From the NCBI GenBank assembly GCA_966211705.1, contig CBIHOC010000010.1:8339-72338 (forward strand): a DNA stretch of 64,000 bases. The letters run 5' to 3'. The stretch's first letter is position 1; every line of letters begins with the position of its first letter. Below the pieces are notes generated by a model. That model did no database searches, was not told the DNA's origin, and saw nothing but the letters and a program-made list of their open reading frames with translations. Origin of the DNA: an uncultured Chryseobacterium sp. Its GTDB lineage: Bacteria; Bacteroidota; Bacteroidia; Palsa-965. Shown one piece after another: positions 48,087 to 58,226 of the stretch. The translations under genes were made by a program, and so were the position numbers.

Positions 48087-48545
48087 ATGGCGCTTCTTTT
48101 TCGCCTTTCCTGTATCGGAGCACTCACGTTGTTCTCCTGCACGTCTCCCGGCGACAGGAATCCTGTTATCCCTCCCACAGGCGCATTCACCGTTCACGCC
48201 TGCCCGGTGCGCGATTCCGTACCCGGCGACAGCATGATCATCCACATCGGCGTGCGAAACAGTTCGGCAGATACGATAGGCATTCGCGAAGACCTCACCA
48301 CCGTATCTTTTCTGCCGGTGAACGAGTGGACCAAACAAGGTCTGCGCGTCTTTTCCTACGACGGTCCCGGCAAGACCACGCTCATTCCCGGCGATTCTAT
48401 CGTTTACAATTATCACCTCGTCGATTTTTTCGCCGGTTTTACACCCGGGAAAAACAATCTCGTATTCCAGCTGAGTCTTTGGCCGCGCGCCGCGAAATCA
48501 CCGCTCGTGCTGAGCGATTCGCTGTCGGTGTTCATCAAAGAATAA
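48087..48545 (+). CDS. Putative lipoprotein, 152 aa. Paralog of the previous gene.
   Basis: Lipobox LTLFSC. Paralogy motif as above. Confidence 0.55.
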   Translation: MALLFRLSCIGALTLFSCTSPGDRNPVIPPTGAFTVHACPVRDSVPGDSMIIHIGVRNSSADTIGIREDLTTVSFLPVNEWTKQGLRVFSYDGPGKTTLIPGDSIVYNYHLVDFFAGFTPGKNNLVFQLSLWPRAAKSPLVLSDSLSVFIKE

Positions 48546-48573
48546 AATACTTTCCACTTTAATCCCTACTCCA

Positions 48574-49923
48574 TTGCCTACCCCTGCTTCACCCTCCACG
48601 ACCTTCAGCAACGCCGCCGCCATGCAGGCCAACGCACGTTTCATCAACGAAGAAATGAATTGGTTCAGCCGCGCCATCAGCTCCAATGATTTGTCCAGCC
48701 TCATTCCCCCCATGCTCCCGGAATCCGGCGGTTCGACCTACGCGGCTTTTATCGCGAAGCACAACCTCTCCATCGAAGAACGTTTTATTCTTATCCTCGC
48801 GCTGGCGCCGCACCTTCGGCCTGAATTCCTTGACGGTTTTTTTGCACGCAACGATTCCGGCCGGCATCCGTCGGAGATCGGCGGGCGCATAGGGAAACAT
48901 CACTCCGGCTTTTTGCCCACGGGCGAAACAGCGGTTTTCCTGCTCGGCGGGAGGACCCTCGAAGGACGGCTGCCGCTGATCGGCCTGTTTGACCAGGACA
49001 GCACGCTTGTGCGCGAAGGGGTTATTTTCCTTTCCGACGTGGAAAACGGCGAACCGAAACTCAGCGGAGTCCTGTGTGTTCCCGACGAAATGATCGCCCA
49101 TCTCCTGCTCTGCAAAAAGATGGCGCCGAAATTTTCAAAAGATTTTCCCGCGCAGCTGTTGACGACGACAAAAACCTGGGACGATCTCGTGCTGAACGAA
49201 CAGACCGTGCGCCAGCTCCGGGAGATCGAAGTGTGGCTCGAATTCAACCATGTGCTGATGAACGGCTGGGGACTTTCCAGGCTCATCCGCCCGGGGTTCA
49301 AAGCCCTGTTTCACGGCGCGCCCGGCACCGGCAAATCGCTCACTGCCTCGCTGCTCGGACAGCGCACCGGCCGCGAAGTGTACCGCATCGATCTTTCCAT
49401 GATCGTTTCGAAATACATCGGTGAAACGGAGAAGAACCTGGCCCGTGTGTTCGACCGGGCGGAAAATAAAGAATGGATACTTTTTTTCGATGAAGCCGAT
49501 GCCCTCTTCGGGAAACGTACCGCCGTCAGCAGCTCCCACGACCGTTACGCCAACCAGGAAGTTTCCTACCTCCTCCAGCGCATCGAGGAGTTCAATGGCC
49601 TCGTGATCCTGGCCAGCAACCTGAAAAGCAACATGGACGACGCTTTCCTGCGACGCTTTAACTCGATCATCTTTTATCCGTCACCGCGCCAGGAAGAACG
49701 CTACCTCATCTGGAAAAAAGGATTTTCCTCCTCCACGCAGCTGGAGGAACAGATCCGACTCGAGCATATCGCCCAGAAATACGACCTTTCCGGGGGACAC
49801 ATCGTCAACGTGATCCACTATTGCTCGCTCATGGCAGCAAGCCGCGGCGACAGCACCATACGCCTGGCAGACCTGACCGAAGGATTGCGAAAAGAATATG
49901 CAAAGCTCGGCAGAACGATTTGA
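48574..49923 (+). CDS. Second eCIS-type AAA+ ATPase (Afp15-like paralog), 449 aa.
   Basis: Walker A GAPGTGKS and Walker B ILFFDEADALFGKR. Same architecture as 9589-11151, including the N-terminal LSIEERFILILALAPHL segment. Confidence 0.8.
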   Translation: MPTPASPSTTFSNAAAMQANARFINEEMNWFSRAISSNDLSSLIPPMLPESGGSTYAAFIAKHNLSIEERFILILALAPHLRPEFLDGFFARNDSGRHPSEIGGRIGKHHSGFLPTGETAVFLLGGRTLEGRLPLIGLFDQDSTLVREGVIFLSDVENGEPKLSGVLCVPDEMIAHLLLCKKMAPKFSKDFPAQLLTTTKTWDDLVLNEQTVRQLREIEVWLEFNHVLMNGWGLSRLIRPGFKALFHGAPGTGKSLTASLLGQRTGREVYRIDLSMIVSKYIGETEKNLARVFDRAENKEWILFFDEADALFGKRTAVSSSHDRYANQEVSYLLQRIEEFNGLVILASNLKSNMDDAFLRRFNSIIFYPSPRQEERYLIWKKGFSSSTQLEEQIRLEHIAQKYDLSGGHIVNVIHYCSLMAASRGDSTIRLADLTEGLRKEYAKLGRTI

Positions 49924-51799
49924 AACCACCGTGGAAAAAGACGACAACCATATCATCCGGCGCCAGGTTATCGAAGTGGAAGTTCCTTCGGTGGAGAGCG
50001 CATGGCGCATCCAGGACCGCCTCAGCCAGCTCTACAGGTACGAACTCACGCGCATACTCGAAGAAGTGTTTACAGGAATTGCGAATCCCGGCGAAGTGCT
50101 TCGTATCGACCGGCTGGAGGTAGACCTCGGCAATATTAAACCAGGCACGCTCGAAGAGGATTTTGCCGGCAAGCTGCGTGAGAAGCTGCACGAACAGTTA
50201 TCACTGGCGGCGGCTACTGCCGCATCCGGCACTACGGCTCCCACACCTCCCGGGGAAACAGAACTGAAAGCAAAAGCGGTGAAGTATTCACAGACCGACC
50301 TGCTTTACCATTTCCTGTTGTCCGGAACGGTTCCCTGGTGGTACAGGAAAAGCACGTTCGGTACGATCGCTTCCGTAGCGGCGAAAGTGATCCTCGACAA
50401 GCCCGCCTGGTGCAGGCTGCAGCTCGCCCCCCTGCTTTCTTCCCCGGAGATCCGCCGCCGTTTTGTGCAGCACCTGTCCGACGGGGAACTTGCCGCATTC
50501 ATTCACCACACGGATGATGCGGTCGCAACCACAGCGGCCCGGGCCTTTGCACCGCTGGCGGAAGCCATGCAGGCCGGGAGCCACCGCCCCGCCCCGGCTG
50601 TCTTCCGGCTGGAATACTGGGATGCCGTGCTTTCCTCCGCGTTGCTGAAAAAACAGGAAGCGCTCCGCACCCTGCTCGCGCGCGAGGACGTGATCACACC
50701 CGCAGCACGCCTCAGCAGCAAAGTTCCGGAGATCAACCACCTTGCGGAGATTGCCGGGATCACGAAAGAATTCGAAGCGAAAAAAATCGCCGTTGGAAAC
50801 CTGCTTCCGGGCGAAAAAAAGAAAGACGAAAAAACATCGTCGCGAAAGACACGCCCGCCCGGTGAACAACCTGACGAACAACTCCGCGCGGAAGATGGAT
50901 TTTTACCGGCGGAAGAACAGGACGATCAGACAGGAGAGGAAACGGGAAGCAGGAAAAAAGGAAAGAAAAAGCTCGTCTTCCGCAAAAAACGCGTGAAACA
51001 ATCGCCTGGCGGCAAGCTACACGGAACGGCCGGCGAAGAAAGCACGGACCTCGACGCGCAGCAAACCGGCGGCGACATTACCGAAACCGCGACCACCGAT
51101 ACATCGCTCGCCAGCGAGACGGGGAACGAAACTTTACGTACATCGAATGATGTCCCCGGTAACAACGACGTTGCGGCAACACCCCGCAAGCAGCAAGCGG
51201 AAGAGAGCGTGACGTCGAAACCCGCGCAACACCAGGAAAAAACCGCGACCCGTAACGGCGATAAAAAAGATTTCGTCTACGAAATCAGCCCGGAGGATCT
51301 TTGCGATTTTACAGTCGATAACGCCGGGCTTGTGCTGCTCTGGCCGTACCTGAAACCTTATTTCACCGAGCTGGGATTAGTGACCGGCCGCGCGTTCACG
51401 GATACGGCGGCACAGCACCGCGCCATTCACCTGTTGCAATACCTGGCGGCGGGCGACAACGCTTATGAAGAGCACGATCTCGTTTTCAATAAGATCCTGT
51501 GCGGGGCCGATCTTACCGAACCGATCGACATGCATTTTGAGATCACAGCGCAGGAAATAGAAGAATCCGAAGGCCTTCTGCGGGCCGTAATTGACAACTG
51601 GAAAGCGATCGGCAAAACCTCCGTCAACAGCCTGCGAGGATCCTTCCTGAATAAAGAAGGCACGTTGAAAAAAACCGGCCAGGGCTGGCAGCTCAACATC
51701 GAACGCACCACGATCGACATGCTGATCGACCGGTTGCCGTGGGGATTGTCGATGATACGGCTCCCGTGGTGCGAGGAAATGATCTACGTAGAATGGTAA
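49898..51799 (+). CDS. Hypothetical protein, 633 aa. Candidate eCIS tape-measure-like protein: conserved N- and C-terminal regions flanking a low-complexity K/E/T-rich middle.
   Basis: Overlaps the ATPase stop, so likely co-transcribed. Central region is low complexity. The assignment is inferred from architecture only. Confidence 0.35.
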   Translation: MQSSAERFETTVEKDDNHIIRRQVIEVEVPSVESAWRIQDRLSQLYRYELTRILEEVFTGIANPGEVLRIDRLEVDLGNIKPGTLEEDFAGKLREKLHEQLSLAAATAASGTTAPTPPGETELKAKAVKYSQTDLLYHFLLSGTVPWWYRKSTFGTIASVAAKVILDKPAWCRLQLAPLLSSPEIRRRFVQHLSDGELAAFIHHTDDAVATTAARAFAPLAEAMQAGSHRPAPAVFRLEYWDAVLSSALLKKQEALRTLLAREDVITPAARLSSKVPEINHLAEIAGITKEFEAKKIAVGNLLPGEKKKDEKTSSRKTRPPGEQPDEQLRAEDGFLPAEEQDDQTGEETGSRKKGKKKLVFRKKRVKQSPGGKLHGTAGEESTDLDAQQTGGDITETATTDTSLASETGNETLRTSNDVPGNNDVAATPRKQQAEESVTSKPAQHQEKTATRNGDKKDFVYEISPEDLCDFTVDNAGLVLLWPYLKPYFTELGLVTGRAFTDTAAQHRAIHLLQYLAAGDNAYEEHDLVFNKILCGADLTEPIDMHFEITAQEIEESEGLLRAVIDNWKAIGKTSVNSLRGSFLNKEGTLKKTGQGWQLNIERTTIDMLIDRLPWGLSMIRLPWCEEMIYVEW

Positions 51800-51931
51800 A
51801 ATGCCGACGCGCCGATACACGCATGGCCGCCTGGCACTATATCAGGAACCAGGACTGATGCGTGGAGCGTGCGCCGTGGAATACAGTTAAAGTACCCGGT
51901 ACCCCATCGGCATTTCAGCACATTTCCCGTG

Positions 51932-52594
51932 TTACCCGATCGCTTCCTCTTCTTCCTCCTCTTCTTTTCTCCGCACCAGCTTCACCTTCGATTCCTGCCT
52001 GCGCAGCAAACGTTCGATGTTCTTCTGGTGCGTGATCAGGATAAGGATCGCGACCATGATCGAGAAGATCACGTGGGAAGGAACGATCTCGCTGCCGAAC
52101 GCAAGGATGACGATCACCGGGTAAGAAATGCCGGCGCTGATCGAGCCGAGGGAAACATAGCCGCTGGCCAGGAAAACAACGAGGAACACGCCCGCCGCCA
52201 TGAGGCACGACCAGGGATGCACCGCGAGGATCACGCCGAACAGGGTGGCGATGCCTTTGCCCCCGCGGAAACCTGCAAAGACCGGGAAAATGTGCCCGAC
52301 CACGGCCGCCACGCCGAGCGCGAGCTGGATGTTGGTAAAATCCTGGGAATGAACAGGCGCTTCGGTGACCAGCCCGGCCATCATCACGGCCACCCAGCCT
52401 TTGAACACGTCGATAAGAAGAACAGGAATGCCGGCTTTTTTGCCCAGCACGCGGAAGGTGTTGGTGGCTCCCGAATTGCCGCTGCCGTGCTCCCGCACGT
52501 CGACATTATAAAACGCTTTTCCGATCCAGACCGCGGCAGGGAACGATCCCAGGAGATACGCGATCAACAATGCAAGAATGGCGGTTGTTGTCAT
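51932..52594 (-). CDS. plsY: Glycerol-3-phosphate acyltransferase PlsY.
   Basis: GSGNSGATNTFRVLGKKAG...GGKGIAT motifs. Polytopic membrane protein of about 200 aa. Confidence 0.85.
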   Translation of the reverse strand: MTTTAILALLIAYLLGSFPAAVWIGKAFYNVDVREHGSGNSGATNTFRVLGKKAGIPVLLIDVFKGWVAVMMAGLVTEAPVHSQDFTNIQLALGVAAVVGHIFPVFAGFRGGKGIATLFGVILAVHPWSCLMAAGVFLVVFLASGYVSLGSISAGISYPVIVILAFGSEIVPSHVIFSIMVAILILITHQKNIERLLRRQESKVKLVRRKEEEEEEEAIG

Positions 52595-55500
52595 TTAGTT
52601 GCCCGGATTTTCTGGGTTGCCACCTTCGCCTCCTCCGTCATCGCTTTCGCCTTCCCCGGCACGCTTCAGCTTCTTCAGCAGAAGGTTTCGCTCGTTGGGA
52701 CTGCCTGCGGTGAACTTGAACTTGGCTTTGGTCTCCCCTAAACACGCTTTGTTATAATCATCCGGCGCCTGCTTGTCCTCGTCCTTCATTTCCTTGAGCA
52801 TCGTCGTGTACTTTTCGTTCGACGAGTAACAGAGCATGATGCCGTTTGAGTAGCTAAAGGTATACCATTTCTGGTTATCCAGCTCCAGGTAAATGCTCAA
52901 TACGTCCCCGCTCTTCTTCCGCTCGAGCATCATCGTGCCCGGTATATACTTGTTAATCTGCGTTTTGCCGATGCTGCCCAGGCCCAGCTTACCCTCGGAG
53001 ATGTACGACTTCACCTTCTGGTTCCAGTTCATTTTTACGTCGGAGAAGAAGAACGTGTACTTCAGCTCGTCGGGGAATTTTTTGTACGTACCGTACAGTG
53101 TGAGCTGGGAAATGAGCTTGTCGGCCTGCTCCTTGCCCACCATCTCGTTCAGCGCCCGCTGGAAGGTCTGGCGCGAGGGGTCGGTGCCCGCAAAGCTCGT
53201 CGAGGCGTTGATGTCGTCGATCAGGATGTCGAGCGCTTTGTCGCTCATGTAGAAATCGATGCCGATGACGAGATCGAACGAGGTGCTGTGGTTGATCGTG
53301 TTGTGCGTGGCGTTGCCGATGGACTGGATGCAGACCTTGCCGAGGTTGGCGCCGAGCGACATGCGTCCTTCGCCGTACACCATGCAGGTTTTCGTGTTAA
53401 AGCTCACGTAGTTGCCCGGCAGCGAACGTTCCACCAGCTTTTCCTTGTTGGAAATGCGGTATTCGCGGGATCCTTTGTCGAAGAACAGGTACCCGCTCGC
53501 CACCACCACGCTCACATCCGTCTTCGCTTTCTTCGTGGAAAGGAACGCCCCGTAAATGCCCGACGAGTCAGGCGACAGCGTGCTCAGCAGTCCCGAAGCG
53601 ATCGGCTCGCCTTTGTCATTGACCTGTTCTTCGGCCACGGGAATGTAGATCTCCGCCGGGTTGATCTCGCCTTTGAAGAACAGGCGGTTCTTGTTGATGG
53701 CGCAATCGTGGTTGAGCGAGGTGGAACCTTCGAACACGAGGAACTGGTTGTTTGCGGCAAGCACCACTTTCCCCCGGTAGTCGAATGCCGGGCTGAGCTG
53801 GAATTTCGCGGAATCGGAGATCATGCCTTCCGCGTAGGTCTGCCCGGTCGTATCCGGGGCGATTTTGGCGAAGTGGATGATCTGTTCTTTCTTCAGCTCA
53901 TCGATGTAGGCGTAATCGCCTGAAGCGGTGTAGCTGCGCCGGGAATAAATGTCGACCACGCAGCCGAACAGGTGGTGGTAATTCGTCACCGTGTTGGCGT
54001 TGATCATGGCGCTGGTGAGCGTTTCCATGTACGCGTTCTTCTGGATCACCACTTTTCCGCTGTCGGGAATGATCTCGGCGTCGGCCACGAGGATCCTTTT
54101 CACTTCTTCCGCGCGGATGATGTAATTCTTCAGGTCGTATTTGGCGCGCGGCGCGCGGAAACGGAGGGAATCCTGCTTCGGGTGAACGGAAATGAATTCC
54201 GGCCCTTCGAGTGTCACGTCGCTGCCGCCGCCCTTCGGCTTGCCCGCGCCGCCCAGCTCGATCTCGCCCTGGTCCATGTACCATTTGAAATTCTCCATGT
54301 AGCAGATGTACTGGTTCACCGGGAATTTCACGATCGATCCTGTTCCGTTCGCTTTAAAATCGCCCTGCCGTTTTTCAAAATCCACGTGCGCATTGACGTT
54401 GTTCGTGGAGAACGCAAGTCCCGCCATTTCCAGCGCTTTCAGGTTGAAATCTGCCGTGTCCGCATCGGCGATGTGATGCTTCAGGATCATTTTTTTCGAC
54501 AGCAGCTCGGCGTTGGTGAAGTCGAGCTTCCCGTTGGCGGAAAGGTTCTTCGGTGAAAGCGTGAGCGTTCCTTCGCATTTCGCCTTGCCGCCGTAAACCG
54601 TGAACGCCGAATCGCGGTTGGTCGCGTTCATGTAGTCCTTCTTCGGCATCCAGTGGATGTACACTTTATTCCCGGTGACATCAGGATATTCCGTCTTCCC
54701 GCTGATCTTCTGCTCGCGGATCACGTACGAATCCGCCATTCCGTTGGTGGAGTCGGGATACAGCAGGAAATCCTTCGAGCGGCTCGTCGACGTGATGTAG
54801 TCGATCGTTCCGTCCCCGCGCAGTCCCTGGTTGCTGAGCGTGACCTGGTTGTTGAATTTCGCTTTTCCCCCGTACATCACGTAACCGCCCGGCGGCGCAA
54901 CCCGCGAAAAGCCCAGCGACTTGTCGGGCATCAGGCGCAGCGTATCGCGTATCTCGGGAAGGATGCCGGCCGACTGGAACACGCCGCCGAAACGCAACGC
55001 TTCATTCTGGAAGTTGTCGAGGCTGTCGATCGTGAACGGGTCGAGCTTGAAGTAAAATTTATCGCGGTTGTACACGCCGCGCTGGATGCCGGGCTTGTCG
55101 TAATACACGAACGCAGGCTTGGCGCTGGTGAAGATGGGATACTGCGCGAACTTTTTATTCAGCACGCCCGATTTATTCGAAGGATCATCGATCTTCAGTT
55201 CCCCGTTCATGTTCTCGATCACGCTTTTCACTTTCGTCTGCACGAAACCGCCTTTCGGATCGCGCGGGTCGCGCACGTCCGTATCGATCCAGATCCGCAC
55301 CGAGTCCACGTTGTTCAGGTTCAATTTGAAAGTGCTGTAGTCGAAGGAGAACAGCTTTCCGTAATAATCGAAACGCCCGGCCATGATCGAACCTTCGAAG
55401 GTGAAATTCCGGTCCTTCTTCAGGATCAGCATGTCGTTCTGCGGGAAGACGGTTACGTTCTGCGAATCGCTCAGCGCGACTTCCTTCACACCGAACAAGG

Positions 55501-57196
55501 TCATGTCGTAGTTCAGCAGGTTCAGCTTCGCGTTGGGCGTTCCCGGCGAAACTTTCGACTGGAACAGGATGTTGTCGTAATCTTTTTTCCCGGCGCGTGC
55601 TGCGATGTACGTATCGCTCTTGTCGAGGTACGTGATCATGTCCGTGCGCGGGTCGTACAGCAGGAATCCCTGGTTGGAAAGGTCCATGATCATCGGCCGC
55701 AGCTGCTCGGCGCCCAGCTTCCAGTATTTCGCCAGGTCGGTCATCGTGAACGTTCGCACGCCTCCATTCGCATCCCTGACGAAATTCCGGATCTTGATCA
55801 GCGGGTGCACCGTTTCCATGCCCTGCAGGCGGTCGTAAAGGTACTGGCGGTAATAGTTCGAGGACGGGAATGAAGCTTCACCGAACGTTGAACCCGGCTG
55901 CGTTTTCATGATGATCTGCGGCTCATTCGTTTTCCAGGAGATCAGCTGCACGTACATGTCCACCTTGTGGAACGAATCGTAGAACGGGGCCTGTGACGCG
56001 CCTTCGTCGGAACGGAAAATTTCCACGCGGGAGCTGTCCGCCATGATGAAGTACTTGAAGTCGACCGACGGGTGAACGATGGAATCGGCGTCGAGCGAGA
56101 ATTTCACGTACGTGTTCTGGCTCGTCACTTTGTCTTTGGTGATCGAGAAGCCGGTGGATGTGACCTGCAGGAAATTTTTCCCGTTGCGCTTGAACACGAA
56201 GAACGCCGGGTTCTGTTTCGTTCCCGAACCGATGAAACGCGCGCCCACCTGCGAAAATCCGCCTTCGTAATCTACGTTCGGGAACATGGCTTTGATCTGG
56301 TAGCGGCTGCTGTAGGACTCAAAACGCGGGTAACCGGCATTCTTTTCCTGCGCGTCGGCCACCAGCTTTTCCGTGAGCCGTCCCTGCAGGGGTTTTTCCT
56401 TGAAGTAAATTTTATTGTAGAACGTCACCGAATCGGCCACGATCGTAAATCCTTTTACGGGGAACGTGTACACTTTCAGGTCGGCGTACACGTCGTCCTT
56501 CTTCAGCCCGGCGCGGTCCCAGTCGATGCGGCCGCCGTAGCCCACCCACAGGCCGCGCGAGGGATAATACGTGCCCGTGGTGTTGTAGATGATCGTGGTG
56601 TCGTGCTTCGCGATGCCGGTAAGCGTTATGCCGGTGAACCTGATGCCCGGCACACTGTCGCAATCGAATTTCCACGTTCCGCCTTCGGTGGACCATTCGC
56701 CGGTAGCGGTTTTGTAAAATTTATTTTCCGCGAACAGGTGCTCGCTCATGAGGATGAAATCGGTGAACGGCTTGTTGAGCTTGCCATTGCCCACCGTGGT
56801 GAAGCAGCCCTGCCAGTCGAGGAATGTCGGGAGCGGCACGTTCTTGTCGACGATGGCTTTGATGGTGTTGATGTATGCGTAATATTCCGGCGCGGGACGG
56901 AATTTCTTTTTCACCATCAGGTTGGCGTTTTTGTACATCGCCTGCTTGATGTCGTCGTTGACCTTGTTCGTCAGCCAGTATTTTTCGTTGAACTCGTCGA
57001 TAAAATCGCGCCCTTCCTTCTTCTCGTAACTTTCGAAGAAGTCGCGCATTTCGGAGATGAACTTCACGGGGTCTTCCGTGAAGGATTTCGGCATCACCTG
57101 CGCGCCGATGGGGCCGGCAGCAAGCAGGAGAAGAAAAAGAATGTTCCGGCAGCTATTTTTCATAGTTATGATCGGGTAAAATGAAGAAGGGCCCAC
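52595..57196 (-). CDS. Large secreted hypothetical protein, 1533 aa, with an N-terminal signal peptide. Possibly a TamB/AsmA-like envelope assembly protein.
   Basis: 4.6-kb ORF. Signal peptide MKNSCRNILFLLLLAAGPIGAQV. Family not recognised from sequence alone. Confidence 0.7.
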   Translation of the reverse strand: MGPSSFYPIITMKNSCRNILFLLLLAAGPIGAQVMPKSFTEDPVKFISEMRDFFESYEKKEGRDFIDEFNEKYWLTNKVNDDIKQAMYKNANLMVKKKFRPAPEYYAYINTIKAIVDKNVPLPTFLDWQGCFTTVGNGKLNKPFTDFILMSEHLFAENKFYKTATGEWSTEGGTWKFDCDSVPGIRFTGITLTGIAKHDTTIIYNTTGTYYPSRGLWVGYGGRIDWDRAGLKKDDVYADLKVYTFPVKGFTIVADSVTFYNKIYFKEKPLQGRLTEKLVADAQEKNAGYPRFESYSSRYQIKAMFPNVDYEGGFSQVGARFIGSGTKQNPAFFVFKRNGKNFLQVTSTGFSITKDKVTSQNTYVKFSLDADSIVHPSVDFKYFIMADSSRVEIFRSDEGASQAPFYDSFHKVDMYVQLISWKTNEPQIIMKTQPGSTFGEASFPSSNYYRQYLYDRLQGMETVHPLIKIRNFVRDANGGVRTFTMTDLAKYWKLGAEQLRPMIMDLSNQGFLLYDPRTDMITYLDKSDTYIAARAGKKDYDNILFQSKVSPGTPNAKLNLLNYDMTLFGVKEVALSDSQNVTVFPQNDMLILKKDRNFTFEGSIMAGRFDYYGKLFSFDYSTFKLNLNNVDSVRIWIDTDVRDPRDPKGGFVQTKVKSVIENMNGELKIDDPSNKSGVLNKKFAQYPIFTSAKPAFVYYDKPGIQRGVYNRDKFYFKLDPFTIDSLDNFQNEALRFGGVFQSAGILPEIRDTLRLMPDKSLGFSRVAPPGGYVMYGGKAKFNNQVTLSNQGLRGDGTIDYITSTSRSKDFLLYPDSTNGMADSYVIREQKISGKTEYPDVTGNKVYIHWMPKKDYMNATNRDSAFTVYGGKAKCEGTLTLSPKNLSANGKLDFTNAELLSKKMILKHHIADADTADFNLKALEMAGLAFSTNNVNAHVDFEKRQGDFKANGTGSIVKFPVNQYICYMENFKWYMDQGEIELGGAGKPKGGGSDVTLEGPEFISVHPKQDSLRFRAPRAKYDLKNYIIRAEEVKRILVADAEIIPDSGKVVIQKNAYMETLTSAMINANTVTNYHHLFGCVVDIYSRRSYTASGDYAYIDELKKEQIIHFAKIAPDTTGQTYAEGMISDSAKFQLSPAFDYRGKVVLAANNQFLVFEGSTSLNHDCAINKNRLFFKGEINPAEIYIPVAEEQVNDKGEPIASGLLSTLSPDSSGIYGAFLSTKKAKTDVSVVVASGYLFFDKGSREYRISNKEKLVERSLPGNYVSFNTKTCMVYGEGRMSLGANLGKVCIQSIGNATHNTINHSTSFDLVIGIDFYMSDKALDILIDDINASTSFAGTDPSRQTFQRALNEMVGKEQADKLISQLTLYGTYKKFPDELKYTFFFSDVKMNWNQKVKSYISEGKLGLGSIGKTQINKYIPGTMMLERKKSGDVLSIYLELDNQKWYTFSYSNGIMLCYSSNEKYTTMLKEMKDEDKQAPDDYNKACLGETKAKFKFTAGSPNERNLLLKKLKRAGEGESDDGGGEGGNPENPGN

Positions 57197-57999
57197 TCCC
57201 CGTCCGTTTCCGTGGCAAGGAGCTGCAATCCGTTTTGCATCGCGGGCTGGCGGAAAGCCTCGACGTCGGTGTGAAAAAAACCGCTGAGCAGGAGTTCCCC
57301 GCCCGGTTTCAGCGCATCGACGTATGCGTCCAGCGCATTCAGCAGCACATTCTTATTGATATTGGCAAGCACCACGTCAAATTTACGGCCTGCGATCGCA
57401 TTTTCCCTCCCAAGGTTAACGCTTACACCCCGCGCTTCATTGCGTAAAACATTCTCACGCGCGTTCTCCACCGAATTTTCTTCAATGTCGATCGCCGCAA
57501 CGCCCGCCGCGCCCAGCTTCGAGGCAAGAATAGCCAGCAAGCCCGTTCCGCATCCCATGTCGAGGACATAACGCCCATCGAGGCGCATTGTTAATAACTT
57601 TTCAGCCATGAGGCGGGTCGTGGGGTGGTGACCGGTGCCGAACGACTGCTGGGGTTGAATGATAAGCTCCAGCTCCACGCCCGGCACAGGCGGATGGAAA
57701 GGTGCACGCACAAGGCAACGCCCGGAAACGAGCACCGGCTGAAAACCTTTCTCCCATTCCGCATTCCAGTTTTGCCCGGGGATCAGCTTCCGGGATACGT
57801 TTACCCGGCCCAGGTCCCCCGCAAATCCTTGTACCGGAGCGAGTAAAGCTTCCGAAAATTGCTCCGAAGGAATATAAGCCAGGAAACCGTCTTCCGTTTC
57901 CGCGAAGCTTTCAAACCCCATTTCCGCCAGCTCTGTGATCAGCAGATCCGTTCCGGGCTGGCGGGGAGTCACTTTAACGTCGAGCTCGAGATAATCCAT
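57166..57999 (-). CDS. prmA: Ribosomal protein L11 methyltransferase PrmA.
   Basis: SFGTGHHPTTRL...VLDMGCGTGLLAILASKLGA...AIDIEE SAM-methyltransferase motifs typical of PrmA. Confidence 0.85.
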   Translation of the reverse strand: MDYLELDVKVTPRQPGTDLLITELAEMGFESFAETEDGFLAYIPSEQFSEALLAPVQGFAGDLGRVNVSRKLIPGQNWNAEWEKGFQPVLVSGRCLVRAPFHPPVPGVELELIIQPQQSFGTGHHPTTRLMAEKLLTMRLDGRYVLDMGCGTGLLAILASKLGAAGVAAIDIEENSVENARENVLRNEARGVSVNLGRENAIAGRKFDVVLANINKNVLLNALDAYVDALKPGGELLLSGFFHTDVEAFRQPAMQNGLQLLATETDGEWALLHFTRS

Positions 58000-58071
58000 T
58001 TTTCTACGGAATGTAAGTTTAAGGGCAAATGGCGTTCCAGCGTTGGGAAAATGCAGGTTCTTTTTAACAAT

Positions 58072-58210
58072 AAGAATGGGGATTGGGGGAATAGGGGATT
58101 GGGGATTAGAGGGTGCAACTGTTCTTAATAGTAAGACAGACTCCCGGTCGCTTTGTTACATTTTGCCCAAATCCCTAATCCCCTATTTCCCCAATCCCTT
58201 ATTCCCTTTT
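58072..58210. repeat. Imperfect long inverted repeat (about 44-bp arms, about 50-bp spacer) built from GGGGATT/GGGGAATA units. The G-rich arm is a canonical G-quadruplex motif.
   Basis: Arm 1 is aagaatggggattgggggaataggggattggggattagagggtg. Arm 2 is gcccaaatccctaatcccctatttccccaatcccttattccctttt, roughly the reverse complement. Lies in the divergent prmA/TPMT intergenic region. Confidence 0.6.
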
Positions 58211-58226
58211 CACTAACTTTGAAAAG

